Positions 39,579 to 50,177 are shown, counted from the stretch's first letter. The stretch: 64,000 nucleotides of DNA from Spirochaetia bacterium (GCA_963675665.1 OY776510.1:3104001-3168000), one strand, 5' to 3'. The notes: generated by a model not told the origin, from the sequence alone. A program made the numbers and translations.

Positions 39579-41216
39579 CTATTCAAATATTGCGGCGTAA
39601 ATCTTTTCACTGCTCTGGAAAGAAAGCACGGCCTTTCCGTTTGAACTGACGGCAAGCGTCGGGTTCGAATCTATGTAATCAGCTCCGGCAAAGGTTGTAA
39701 AAGTTGAGCTGGTTTCGTCAGCTATCCAGCTGTCCCAAGCGGCATTATACTTGTATCTTTTTACTTTAACAGACGTTTCCGCATAATTAACATAAACTAT
39801 AAAACCGTTTCCCGTCTGATCAAGAGCAACTTCGGGAGAGAAATTGTCCGTAGCGTCGCCTATAGTTTCAAGGGTTGAAGCGTATGAACTGCTCCAGACG
39901 TCCCATCCTCCGGCTTCTATTTTGCCCGCATACATATTGCCGTCTGCAAACCATATGGACATTATGTTACCGTTTCCGTCGAATGCTGCTTCGGGGTTTT
40001 TACACCATTCTATCGGGTCCCACAGGGTTTTTGCCGAACTCAGCGTGTCGGCAGAAGCGTCGTAAAATCCGGCTTTTATGAGTTCACTACCGACATACCA
40101 CATAAGAATCGCGTTGCCGTCGGCATCACATGCCACACTCGTGTTATACGTGTTTAAACTGCTCAGCTGGTTCACGTCGCTCCATGCTTTTGTCGAGGCA
40201 TTGTATCTGCTCATGTAGGCATCCTGATCGTAGATCCATACTGCGAAAGCGTTGCCGTTTCCGTCCATGGCGCAATGCGGATCAGTTATGCCGTTATGGG
40301 AGCAGAGCTGTGAAGCACCGCCCCATTCGCCGTTTGAATAAATATCAGTCCAGATATAATTTGTTTCGTCGTCAAATACGCCCCAGACCAGGGCGGCCGA
40401 TTCGAGAGAGCCCTTTGCGGCGGCAGCGCTGATAAGCGTATCGGTATGTTCGTGAGAGGTAAGGCCGGATGCCGTACCCCAGTTGCCGTCGTCAAGGATT
40501 GAAGAAAACAGTTTCTCATCGGCTATTTCGTCGTATTCGGCCCATGCTGAAATACCGAAGCCGTTACCGTTGGATGCTGCCACGGGATATGTGAAGTTGC
40601 CTTCCATGGCATAAGTTGACGACCGTGCTCCGGGATTACTCCACGCGCTGCCGTTCCAGAAGGACGAGTAGGCCCAATAACGAGCATCGTTTACTATAAC
40701 GTCGAAAACAGCGACAGCCCGGTCGGGCGTGTAAAAAGCAACCTGCGGGTTATAACTGCCGTAGTAAATGTCGCTTACGGTCATAAGGCTGCTCCACTGT
40801 CCGTCTCGAATGCGGAAACTGTAGTTCTTTTCAAGGCTCTGAGTTGCACGGCTGTCTGTGTGGGTAATATTAATCGAGATGCTGTATGAAGTATATAGCG
40901 AGAGCTCGGAGGAAGGGGTAAAGGTAATAATTTTACCGGTGCTGTCAAGCGAAAGGCTGCCTGAAACCGGGCCTGCTTCGGTTGATACTGTAACGCTGCC
41001 CGAGGGAATAAGCGATTCGGTGATGGCTCCGTCGAGAGTAATAACAACATCTGTTCCGGGGTCAACATCCACGTCGTTGTCCGCAGGGCTGACGGAAACA
41101 ACCGAAGGCATTGTAAATGACGGGGTTTCGGTGTCTCCGTCATCCTGGGAACAGCCGATGATAAAAACAGCAATTAAAACAATTAGAAAAAATGAGGTAA
41201 CAGAACTATTTTTCAT
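39579..41216 (-). CDS. Lipoprotein with Ig-like (Big_5/SbsA) domain and probable beta-propeller
   Basis: Lipobox FIIGC, P.VVSVSPAD..DV...TFTPSSEL..Y, and repeated D..GNA.AVW blades. Confidence 0.78.
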   Translation of the reverse strand: MKNSSVTSFFLIVLIAVFIIGCSQDDGDTETPSFTMPSVVSVSPADNDVDVDPGTDVVITLDGAITESLIPSGSVTVSTEAGPVSGSLSLDSTGKIITFTPSSELSLYTSYSISINITHTDSRATQSLEKNYSFRIRDGQWSSLMTVSDIYYGSYNPQVAFYTPDRAVAVFDVIVNDARYWAYSSFWNGSAWSNPGARSSTYAMEGNFTYPVAASNGNGFGISAWAEYDEIADEKLFSSILDDGNWGTASGLTSHEHTDTLISAAAAKGSLESAALVWGVFDDETNYIWTDIYSNGEWGGASQLCSHNGITDPHCAMDGNGNAFAVWIYDQDAYMSRYNASTKAWSDVNQLSSLNTYNTSVACDADGNAILMWYVGSELIKAGFYDASADTLSSAKTLWDPIEWCKNPEAAFDGNGNIMSIWFADGNMYAGKIEAGGWDVWSSSYASTLETIGDATDNFSPEVALDQTGNGFIVYVNYAETSVKVKRYKYNAAWDSWIADETSSTFTTFAGADYIDSNPTLAVSSNGKAVLSFQSSEKIYAAIFE

Positions 41217-41305
41217 AAAATCCTCTTTATTCAATAAAAATACAATATATTATAATTTACAGCAGTTTGTTTGAGCTTTCAATTTATTTTATCTGTAACT
41301 TGTGT

Positions 41306-42478
41306 TTATTCGATAGTTGACACTTCACGTATATTACGAATGAAATAATCATGCATCAGGATGAACCTTTCAAGGAAGAATGACATCCAGGGTTCCGGTA
41401 CAGCCTGATGGGTCAGTTCTTCGAGCGGAGTAATTACAACTTCCCGGTTTGTGGTCATAATGTTTGCTATCGGAACAGCTGTTACCTTTCCGAGAACGGG
41501 ATTGCCGTTATTATAAGAGAATTCAGCCTGAATAATTGCCGAATCGCCTGTATACGACCATTCTTCCTCGGGCAGATCCGGGTCCGCAATGCGCCCCTGT
41601 CCCGAAATGAAATTGCCGAGAGAGTTCATTATAAGCGAGCTGTTTGTGCCGGAGTCGTCGTCATAACGGAAAATTTCAACAGGCTGAACAACATGAGGGT
41701 GATGGCCCCAAATAACATCCACGCCGGCCGCTGCAAGTTCATGGAAAAACTCTGTTTTACGTTTGACTGGCTCAGTATAGTATTCAACTCCGCCGTGATA
41801 GCCAAGTATGAAAAGATCATAGTTACCAGTCTGTTTTCCGATCCAGCTGATGAATTCGTCGGATTGTTCCCTGTTTCTGAAATCAACCAGCAGCATATGT
41901 CCCGGTTCAGGGATTACATTGGAAAACTGGGTAACGGCAAGATATCCGATCTTCCAGCCGTTTTTGTATATTGTAACGGGTCTGAACTCTGTCTGCGGAT
42001 TACTCTTGGCTCCGGAATAATATACTTTTCTGTCATGATCACGGCGGTATTCCCAGGTTATTGCTTCCATTGAGCCGACCGTTGATTTAAGCCCCCCGGT
42101 GCCCTGATCTCCGCTGTGATTGTTTGCCAGAGACAACACGTCGACACCTGCATCAATTGCCGCCTTGACATATTCCGGGTGGATATTAAACACCGGGTAA
42201 CTGGCCTGCGGGATGTCGCGGTTAACGGGAAATTCAACGTTGCAGAAGGTAAGGCTGTCGTTCAGCATTATTTTTTCGATGTCGCGGTAGATCATGGAAT
42301 AATCCGGCATAGAATAATTAATTATATGCGCCATCATATCTCCCGTGAAACTCAGCAGAAGATCTGTTTTATTCCCGGGGATATAAACCGGGCCTTCCTC
42401 AATCTCAAGGGCTGCAAGGCTGTAAGCTGAGATAAAAAATGCAGCAGTAAAAACGATTATGCTAAAAAATCTTTTCAA
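41306..42478 (-). CDS. CapA family metallophosphoesterase
   Basis: FTGD, SLANNH, YHGGVEY, GHHPHV and SLGNFIS motifs. Confidence 0.9.
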   Translation of the reverse strand: MKRFFSIIVFTAAFFISAYSLAALEIEEGPVYIPGNKTDLLLSFTGDMMAHIINYSMPDYSMIYRDIEKIMLNDSLTFCNVEFPVNRDIPQASYPVFNIHPEYVKAAIDAGVDVLSLANNHSGDQGTGGLKSTVGSMEAITWEYRRDHDRKVYYSGAKSNPQTEFRPVTIYKNGWKIGYLAVTQFSNVIPEPGHMLLVDFRNREQSDEFISWIGKQTGNYDLFILGYHGGVEYYTEPVKRKTEFFHELAAAGVDVIWGHHPHVVQPVEIFRYDDDSGTNSSLIMNSLGNFISGQGRIADPDLPEEEWSYTGDSAIIQAEFSYNNGNPVLGKVTAVPIANIMTTNREVVITPLEELTHQAVPEPWMSFFLERFILMHDYFIRNIREVSTIE

Positions 42479-44801
42479 TTACCTCTTCCATTGTTTCTAC
42501 CGGATAAAACCTGATTCCTTTTTTGATATGGTCGGGTATTTCTGATAAATCCCTCTCATTCGCTTTTGGAATCAGTATAGTTTTAATACCGGCGCGCCTT
42601 GCGGCTATGGTTTTTTCCTTCAACCCGCCGATAGGCAGGACCTTTCCTATCAACGACATTTCGCCAGTCATTGCCAGTTTCTTTTTAAGCATCTTTCCGG
42701 TTGCCAGTGATAACAGTGCCGATGCCATTGTGATGCCTGCCGACGGTCCGTCTTTTGGCGTGGCGCCTTCAGGTATATGCAAGTGTATCATGTTGCTGTT
42801 GAAAAAGTTAGAGTCCGCGCCGTGTTTTTCTGCAATGTGGCGTACATATGTAAAGGCAATTCCGGCTGATTCCTGCATGACATTGCCCATTTGTCCGGTA
42901 AGTTTCAGTCCCTCCTTTCCGGGAACGTTTATTGCCTCAATCATCAGCGTGTCGCCGCCGAAGTTTGTCCAGGCCAGGCCTATGGCGGTTCCGGGCTGTG
43001 TAACAACCTTGACGTCGTCTTCACGGAAAACAGGTTTGCCGAGATATTCCTCAAGGGTTTCAGGCTCAATGCTGAAAGGCGGTGCGGCTTCTTCCAGAAC
43101 GATCTTTCTGGCAATTTTACGGTGAATTCTGTCGAGCGCTTTTTCATAGTTCCTCATGCCGGCTTCGCGTGCATAATTTACAGCTATCGCAGAAAGTGTA
43201 TTTGTAGAGTATTTCACATCCCGGCGTTTCAGCCCGGTTTTCTGGACGGATTTCGGTATCAGGTATTTTTTTGCGATCATTATTTTTTCTTTTTCGATGT
43301 ACCCCGACAGCCTGATTATTTCCATCCTGTCAAGAAGCGGACGCGGTACGGTGTCGAGCGTATTTGCGGTTGCTATGAAAAGGATATTGCTGATGTCGAA
43401 CGGAAGGTCGAGGTAATGATCACGGAAGGCTATATTCTGCTCGGGATCAAGCACTTCAAGCAGCGCCGATGAAGGATCTCCCTGATACGAAGCTCCCATC
43501 TTGTCGATTTCATCTATCATGAATACAGGGTTGCCGGTTTTAACAATCTTGAGTCCCTGTATGATCTTGCCGGGCATGGCCCCGACGTATGTTCTGCGGT
43601 GGCCTTTTATCTCGGCTTCATCGCGCATGCCCCCGACGCTGAAACGGAAAAACTCCTTGTTGAGAGCGCTTGCAATTGATTTGCCTATCGAGGTTTTTCC
43701 AACTCCCGGGGCGCCAACCAGACAGATTATCGAACCTTTGTTGTCCTTTTTCAGTTTCCTGACGGCCAGGTATTCAAGAATACGTTCTTTAACATCTTCA
43801 AGACCGTAATGGTCGCGCTCAAGAATTTCCGAAGCTTCTTTCATATCATAATTTTCCGGTTCAGGATCATTCCAGGGCAAAGATATTATTGTATCGAGAT
43901 AATTTCTCGTAACGACGAATTCAGATGAATTGGGATCCATCAGCTTGAATTTCTCAAGCTCCTGCTCAACCTGTTCCTTGATTTCACCGGTAAATTTGAA
44001 TTTATCGATTGCTTCCGAGAAACGGAGATATTCTCCGCTTTTTGCATCCACAGGCATTCCAAGTTCTTCCTTGATTGCCTTGAGTTCTTCTTTAAGGAAG
44101 TATTCTCTCTGGTTTTTTTCTATTTTTTCGTTGATCTGTTTTTGAATTTTCCGCTGAATCTTCATAAGTTCCTGTTCTTTCTTTATATAAACAAGAACAG
44201 ACTCAAGTCGTGCCTGAACATCAAGCGTTTCAAGAATTTTCTGCTGGTCCTGACGATCTATGTTTAAAATTGAACTGAAAAAATCGGCAATTTTTCCGGG
44301 CTGGTCTATATTGACCATGGACAGTCTCATTTCTTCCGAGAACAACGGGTTATTTTCAGACAGCTGTTTCATCTCGTTTATTATTGAGCGGGTCAAAGCC
44401 TTGACTTCTATGGTGTCATCATTAACATCATCAAGGTATTCGACTGCAGCCGTATAAGGCGCGGAATCAGTGAGAAATTTTTTAACCTTGAACCTTTTCA
44501 GGGTTGAGATAAATACATTGATACCGCCGTCAGGCAGATTTATTTTTTTTACGATCTTGCCTACCGTGCCTATTTTGCATAAATCTTCAGTTGAGGGTGT
44601 TTCATTATCATCATCTTTAATCATAAGAAGTCCGATTAGGCTGTTTTGCGACAGGCTCTGATCAACAACGGAAATATCCTGTTCGGATTCAATCATCATC
44701 GGGGTAAAAATTCCCGGGAAAACAGGCTTTCCGATTGTCGGAATCACAAACAGGCGGTTGGGAAGCAACTGATCAGCTGGAACAATTTGTTTTTCTGGCA
44801 T
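42462..44801 (-). CDS. lon: Lon protease
   Basis: GAPGVGKTS, GHRRTYVGAMPG, PKDGPSAG and GGLKEK motifs. Confidence 0.97.
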   Translation of the reverse strand: MPEKQIVPADQLLPNRLFVIPTIGKPVFPGIFTPMMIESEQDISVVDQSLSQNSLIGLLMIKDDDNETPSTEDLCKIGTVGKIVKKINLPDGGINVFISTLKRFKVKKFLTDSAPYTAAVEYLDDVNDDTIEVKALTRSIINEMKQLSENNPLFSEEMRLSMVNIDQPGKIADFFSSILNIDRQDQQKILETLDVQARLESVLVYIKKEQELMKIQRKIQKQINEKIEKNQREYFLKEELKAIKEELGMPVDAKSGEYLRFSEAIDKFKFTGEIKEQVEQELEKFKLMDPNSSEFVVTRNYLDTIISLPWNDPEPENYDMKEASEILERDHYGLEDVKERILEYLAVRKLKKDNKGSIICLVGAPGVGKTSIGKSIASALNKEFFRFSVGGMRDEAEIKGHRRTYVGAMPGKIIQGLKIVKTGNPVFMIDEIDKMGASYQGDPSSALLEVLDPEQNIAFRDHYLDLPFDISNILFIATANTLDTVPRPLLDRMEIIRLSGYIEKEKIMIAKKYLIPKSVQKTGLKRRDVKYSTNTLSAIAVNYAREAGMRNYEKALDRIHRKIARKIVLEEAAPPFSIEPETLEEYLGKPVFREDDVKVVTQPGTAIGLAWTNFGGDTLMIEAINVPGKEGLKLTGQMGNVMQESAGIAFTYVRHIAEKHGADSNFFNSNMIHLHIPEGATPKDGPSAGITMASALLSLATGKMLKKKLAMTGEMSLIGKVLPIGGLKEKTIAARRAGIKTILIPKANERDLSEIPDHIKKGIRFYPVETMEEVIEKIF

Positions 44802-44899
44802 TCTCTACCTCTATATTTTTATTGGTTAAATTATAATACTTTTTCTAAAATATGCAAAATTTCCCCAAAAGGCAAATGAATGCTGTATAATAACGGGCA

Positions 44900-45652
44900 A
44901 TGAATCGCAATTATTCAACTGAAGCTGTGGTCCTTAAAACCAGACGTTTCGGCGATTTCCATAAAGCGGTTACGATACTCAGTCCTGATTGCGGAATAAT
45001 TAACGCGGTAGCGCATGGAGCATATAAAGGGAAGAGCAGGATCAGCAGTATTACCGATCCTTTCTGTGTGTCGGCTTTTGAACTTTACCATAACCCCGTA
45101 AAGGATGTCTGGAAGATAAACGGCTGTGAATCAATCGATCTGAATGAACGAATCAGGGAAAACCTGAACGCGCACTATAACGCTTCTTTCTGGTCCGAGC
45201 TGATTATAAAAAGCTATGCCTCCGGAGCAGATTTTATTTCGGTTTTTTCCCTGTATACATCCGCTCTGACAGGACTTAATGCAGATAACAGCGCCGGACT
45301 GTCGGTAACCTTGCATTTTCTGTACCGGTTTCTCCTGAATTCGGGTTTTATTACCGATTTTTCCGAATGCGGACATTGCGGAAAGCTTATTGCAGGTGAA
45401 GATGTTTACTTCTCTCCTGCCGAAGGTTGTTTTTTATGTGCCTCATGCGCATCGAAGGGCCTGCCTGTGATAAAGGGCGCAGCGGCAGAATATCTTGAAG
45501 AATCATCTGCTGTTCACCTTGAAGAAGCGGTTAAAAAAAGGTTAGATATACAGACTGAAAAAGAAGTAAGAAATACACTGTTGGCGGTTCTGAAAACTAT
45601 CATTGATGCTCCGTTGAACACCCTGGATTATATAGATTATGGTATGGAATAA
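44900..45652 (+). CDS. recO: DNA repair protein RecO
   Basis: N-terminal OB fold (EAVVLK...AHGA) and a CxxC...CxxC zinc finger. Next to recJ. Confidence 0.9.
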   Translation: MNRNYSTEAVVLKTRRFGDFHKAVTILSPDCGIINAVAHGAYKGKSRISSITDPFCVSAFELYHNPVKDVWKINGCESIDLNERIRENLNAHYNASFWSELIIKSYASGADFISVFSLYTSALTGLNADNSAGLSVTLHFLYRFLLNSGFITDFSECGHCGKLIAGEDVYFSPAEGCFLCASCASKGLPVIKGAAAEYLEESSAVHLEEAVKKRLDIQTEKEVRNTLLAVLKTIIDAPLNTLDYIDYGME

Positions 45653-47747
45653 AAAAGACATAAATCCGGATAAGGTCCGTGAAATATCGGAAAGGTTCGG
45701 TATAGATCTTATGCCCGCATCGGTTTTTGTCAGGCGCGGCATTACTGACTATGAAAAACTCAAATTCTTTCTTGAAGATGATCTTCAGTATCTGCACAGT
45801 CCGTTCAATTTCTCCGAGATGGAAGATATTGTAGACCGAATCAGGCTTGCAGTTTCCGAAGGCGAGAAGGTGAAGATTTTCGGAGATCGGGACGTAGACG
45901 GAATAACCTCGACGGTTTTGCTTTATAATGAGCTGAAAAAGATGGGTATGGACGTCGAATGGCGCCTTCCCGAAGGGGATGACCCTTACGGGCTTACAAT
46001 AACTGCTGTTGATGATTTTGCTGATCGTCACGGAAGTCTGCTGATCACGGTAGACTGCGGTATTTCAAATTATTCAGAAATCGAACATGCACTGGAACGC
46101 GGTGTAGATACAATTGTAATTGATCATCACAACAGTCCTGAAAACCTGCCTTCGGCTTTCGGAATAATCAATCCCAAAATGGAAGACAGCTGCTATCCGT
46201 TCATGCATCTGGCCGGATGCGGTGTTGTCGCCAAAGTAATATGGGCGTTGAGGTTTTCCGCTCTTGATATTTATAATCAGGAATTCTGCATGCTGAATAT
46301 CCGGCCGGGGAACGAGTCGTATATTCTTGAAGCCGTTAAAATGAAAAACCTGGTTGCCGAGGATAAAATTACGGAAACGCTTGTTCCGGGAATGGTAAAC
46401 CTTGAGAATTCCAGGCTTCTTGACTTTCTTCAGCTTCAGATAATTGTCTATGACGCCGAGCCGCAAAAAAGAATGTTGCAGAAAATATTCGGAAATAATA
46501 CGGATATTCATCTGATCGATTCAGCCCCGGAGATTTGGAAGGCCTTTCCGTCTCTTCAGGGCAAGAGTCTTCTCAAGATGCGCGACGGCAGCAGAATGGT
46601 AAGGTACAGCACTGAATCTCCCGGAGAAATTGATGTTTTTATTAATCTTTTTACAGCGTTTATCCTGAGGAAAGAAGCTTCATTATCTACGGAATATGAA
46701 AAAGAACTTGATCTGGTTGCACTAGGGACAATAGCCGATCTGATGCCGCTTGAAGATGAAAACCGGATAATTGTAAAACGGGGTATGAAGCAGCTGATAA
46801 AAACCGAAAGAAAAGGGTTGCGGAATCTGCTTGCAACACGCAACCTGCTTTCAAAGACTTTAAGCACCACCGACATAGGATGGCAGGTAACCCCTATTAT
46901 AAATGCTACCGGAAGAATGGGTGTTCCGTCGAAAGCGGTTGAACTGCTTTTAAGCAGCGAAACAGAAGAGATTAACAGGCTGACCGAAGAAGTTACAAGT
47001 CTCAACCGGCAGAGGAAAAAGCTGGGAGAAGATGTATGGAGCCGGATTATTCCGCAGGCCAAACAGAGTTATCAGGATTTTGAAGCAAGGCTTGTTATGG
47101 TTGCCGACAAGGCAATGAACCGCGGAATTACCGGAATCATGGCATCAAGACTGGCAAGTTTTTTCGGGGTGCCGGCAATTGCAATATCGATAATGGGTGA
47201 CAAGGCTGTAGGCTCTATAAGAAGTGCAATGGATATCAATGTAAAAGATTTTATTTCAGGCGCATCAGATTTGTTTATTGATTACGGAGGCCATGATTTT
47301 GCCGCGGGTTTCAGTATTGAACTGTCCGATTTTGCCGGTTTCACGGCCCGGATTGAAAAACTGGCGCCTGAACTTAAAGGTGCGGACACAACAGAAGCTT
47401 CAATTAACATTGATGCGGAGCTTCCTTCCGGTTATTTGAATCCGGAATTGATAAAAACTGTTGAAATGTTCGAACCATACGGCGAAAATAATCCTCCGCT
47501 GGTTTTTCTTTCGCGCGGCGTCAGGATTGAAACCATGGAGCTTATCGGTAAAAATGAACAGAACCATCTTCGGCTGCTGCTGGCTTCGGGAAATTATAAG
47601 TGGCCGGCTGTTTACTGGAATGCGGCCGAGCGCGCAAACCGGGATTTCAGCCGCGGCGATAATGTTGATATTGTTTTCAGACTCGGAAGGAATTACTATA
47701 TGAACAAGGAAAGCCTTCAGCTTACTATTCTGGACATAAAAAAATGA
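45639..47747 (+). CDS. recJ: ssDNA exonuclease RecJ with internal insertion
   Basis: DRDVDG, TVDCG, IDHH, GTIAD, PIINATGR and GGH..AAG motifs. Confidence 0.95.
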   Translation: MVWNKKDINPDKVREISERFGIDLMPASVFVRRGITDYEKLKFFLEDDLQYLHSPFNFSEMEDIVDRIRLAVSEGEKVKIFGDRDVDGITSTVLLYNELKKMGMDVEWRLPEGDDPYGLTITAVDDFADRHGSLLITVDCGISNYSEIEHALERGVDTIVIDHHNSPENLPSAFGIINPKMEDSCYPFMHLAGCGVVAKVIWALRFSALDIYNQEFCMLNIRPGNESYILEAVKMKNLVAEDKITETLVPGMVNLENSRLLDFLQLQIIVYDAEPQKRMLQKIFGNNTDIHLIDSAPEIWKAFPSLQGKSLLKMRDGSRMVRYSTESPGEIDVFINLFTAFILRKEASLSTEYEKELDLVALGTIADLMPLEDENRIIVKRGMKQLIKTERKGLRNLLATRNLLSKTLSTTDIGWQVTPIINATGRMGVPSKAVELLLSSETEEINRLTEEVTSLNRQRKKLGEDVWSRIIPQAKQSYQDFEARLVMVADKAMNRGITGIMASRLASFFGVPAIAISIMGDKAVGSIRSAMDINVKDFISGASDLFIDYGGHDFAAGFSIELSDFAGFTARIEKLAPELKGADTTEASINIDAELPSGYLNPELIKTVEMFEPYGENNPPLVFLSRGVRIETMELIGKNEQNHLRLLLASGNYKWPAVYWNAAERANRDFSRGDNVDIVFRLGRNYYMNKESLQLTILDIKK

Positions 47748-48676
47748 GGATTTCTAAAATGATAAAAAGAACAGCTTTTTGTCTATTATTTATTTTTACG
47801 GTCTTTTTTACATTTACCCTTGATCTTGAAATACCTGAATCCGTTGAACAGGGCGGAGTGCTGACAGTCGTTACGGATTCCTCCGGGGTAAAACTGAGCT
47901 TCGGATCAGACGATGAGATACATTCCAGGACTGAATCTTTTAAAACCGATATTGACGGACAGCAGGTTTATATAGCGCTGCTCGGTGTTCCTTCGACCCT
48001 TGCTCCGGGCACATATGCGGTCAATGCGTTCGGTTCGCCGGATGACGGGGAAGAAAGCCGAACAGAAGCTATAATTGTTAAATCAAGGGATTTTATAAAC
48101 GAGGATATTCCGCTCGGAAATTCAATGTCCGAACTCAGGCAGTCCGATGATGCCAGGAAAGCCGAGCAATGGAGGACCCTTCTTGAAATACTTAAAAATG
48201 TCGACAGTACGCATGTTTATGAAAGCGAAAAACTTGCTGTTCCGGTAACTGACTACATTCGTACCTCATCGTTTTATGGAGACCGAAGACGGTTTCTTTA
48301 CGACGACGGAACCTCCGCGCGGTCAATACACAACGGTATTGATTATTCGGCTGAACCCGGAACACCAGTATATGCTGCAGGTTCAGGCCGGGTCGTATTC
48401 TCCGGGGAACGGATAATATCAGGCAATACAATTGTTATCGAACACCTGCCAGGCGTATATTCGCTTTATTATCACATGAACAGTCTGAAAGCGGGTGAAG
48501 GGAGTTTTATTGAAGCCGGGACACAGATAGGCGCTGTAGGTGCAACCGGACTTGTAACCGGCGCACATCTTCACTGGGAAATACGTGTGGCGGGTGTTGC
48601 GGTTGATCCCGGACAGTTGACCGGCGACTGTATTATTGACAAAGACTTTATTTTAGGTAATATTGGTAACCAATAA
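47744..48676 (+). CDS. M23 family metallopeptidase
   Basis: HNGID, YYH and GAHLHWE motifs, plus a signal peptide. Confidence 0.92.
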   Translation: MRISKMIKRTAFCLLFIFTVFFTFTLDLEIPESVEQGGVLTVVTDSSGVKLSFGSDDEIHSRTESFKTDIDGQQVYIALLGVPSTLAPGTYAVNAFGSPDDGEESRTEAIIVKSRDFINEDIPLGNSMSELRQSDDARKAEQWRTLLEILKNVDSTHVYESEKLAVPVTDYIRTSSFYGDRRRFLYDDGTSARSIHNGIDYSAEPGTPVYAAGSGRVVFSGERIISGNTIVIEHLPGVYSLYYHMNSLKAGEGSFIEAGTQIGAVGATGLVTGAHLHWEIRVAGVAVDPGQLTGDCIIDKDFILGNIGNQ

Positions 48677-48697
48677 ATATACAAGGGGGTGATTGCT

Positions 48698-48907
48698 ATC
48701 GCTCATGTTAATATTGATGAAGGTGAACCGTTAGAAAAAGCCATCAAGCGCTTTAAAAGAATGGTTGAGAAAGAAGGTATTATACGTGAATGGAAGAAGC
48801 GTGAATACTTCGAGAAACCTTCTACCATTAAGAATCGAAAGAAGAAAGCGATGGAGCGCAAGCAGATGAAAAAGCAGCGCAAAATCCAGAACATGAAGAA
48901 TTACTAG
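48698..48907 (+). CDS. rpsU: 30S ribosomal protein S21 (probable ATC start; the GTG at 48689 lies inside the SD)
   Basis: [10 protein letters not shown] and REYFEKPS motifs. SD AAGGGGGTGAT at 48683-48693. Promoter TTGACA (48636), 16 nt, TAATAT. Confidence 0.93.
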   Translation: MAHVNIDEGEPLEKAIKRFKRMVEKEGIIREWKKREYFEKPSTIKNRKKKAMERKQMKKQRKIQNMKNY

Positions 48908-48940
48908 CAATCTGCCGTAATTTTACGGTATCTTGAGACC

Positions 48941-48973
48941 AGGGGTCCCGCTTAATGCAGGATCCCTTTTTTT
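48941..48973 (+). terminator. rpsU intrinsic terminator
   Basis: AGGGGTCCCGC / GCAGGATCCCT stem followed by a T-run. Confidence 0.8.
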
Positions 48974-49100
48974 ATTAAATTATTTGGTGTTAATTGTAAT
49001 GAATAGACTGTATGATTGAAGATATCAACAGCTTTTCTGTATTGCGTTACAATGCGGATATGAGATAAAATCAGGTAGTTTTTAATATCGGAGAGAAGAT

Positions 49101-50177
49101 ATGCGCAAATATAACTTTTTTGCAGGGCCGTCGACCCTTCCTGTAGAAGTCCTTGAAGAACTTAAAGAAAATATGGTGGACTATAAAGGCATGGGAATGT
49201 CATTGATTGAGACGAGCCACAGAAGCAAAGAATATGATGAGGTTCATAATGATGCTGTAGCCCTTGTGAAAGAGCTTCTCGGTCTGCCTGCAAACTACCG
49301 GGTGATGTTTCTCGGCGGAGGGGCAACGCTTCAGTTTACAATGGTGCCGGCGAACCTTTTGACCGGTCCCCGCATAGCAGATTATGCAGTTACCGGTTCC
49401 TGGGCCCAAAAAGCATATGAAGATGCCGCCAGGCTCGGAAATCCGGTTATTGTCTACGACGGAAAGGATAACAAGTATACACAGCTTCCGGCCAATTTGA
49501 CTCCCGGCGAAGATTCATCTTACCTGCATGTTACGTCAAACGAAACTATCGGAGGTTTGCAGTGGCAGAAATGGCCGGAAACAGGCAATGTTCCTCTTGT
49601 AGCGGATATGTCAAGCGATATCATGTCGAGGCCTGTCCCTGTAGAAAGATTCGGACTTATATATGCAGGCGCACAGAAGAACCTCGGCCCCGCCGGCGTA
49701 ACTCTTGTAATTATACGTGAGGATCTGCTGGAACGCAGTACAGCCAACAACCTTACCGCTTATCTTGATTACTCTATCCATGCAGACAAGAATTCATTAT
49801 ATAACACTCCTCCCGTTTTCAGCATATATGCTGTTATGCTGGTGCTGAAAAGACTTAAAGCCCTCGGCGGGCTTGAAGCGGTTGAGAAAGTTAACAGAGA
49901 AAAAGCCGGTATAATATATGATGTAATTGATTCAAGCAACGGGTTTTTCAACTGTCCCGTACAGAAAGAAAATCGCTCAATGATGAATATTGTATTTACA
50001 ATGGAAAATGAAGAACTTGAAAAGGATTTTATAGCAAAAGCCTCTGAAAAAGGTATGGTCGGGCTTAAAGGCCACAGAAGTGTTGGCGGATGCCGCGCTT
50101 CGGTGTATAATTCCATGCCTATGGAAGGCGTAAATGCGCTTGCCGATTTTATGAAGGAATTTGCAGCCGGAAAATGA
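49101..50177 (+). CDS. serC: Phosphoserine aminotransferase
   Basis: NFFAGPS, SHRS, NETI.G, GAQKNLGPAG, NTPP and GHRSVGG motifs. Confidence 0.96.
   Translation: MRKYNFFAGPSTLPVEVLEELKENMVDYKGMGMSLIETSHRSKEYDEVHNDAVALVKELLGLPANYRVMFLGGGATLQFTMVPANLLTGPRIADYAVTGSWAQKAYEDAARLGNPVIVYDGKDNKYTQLPANLTPGEDSSYLHVTSNETIGGLQWQKWPETGNVPLVADMSSDIMSRPVPVERFGLIYAGAQKNLGPAGVTLVIIREDLLERSTANNLTAYLDYSIHADKNSLYNTPPVFSIYAVMLVLKRLKALGGLEAVEKVNREKAGIIYDVIDSSNGFFNCPVQKENRSMMNIVFTMENEELEKDFIAKASEKGMVGLKGHRSVGGCRASVYNSMPMEGVNALADFMKEFAAGK

Noticed and set aside
41408-43809. Long + strand ORFs opposite capA and lon
   Set aside because: Antisense shadows of well-conserved genes with no recognisable motifs.
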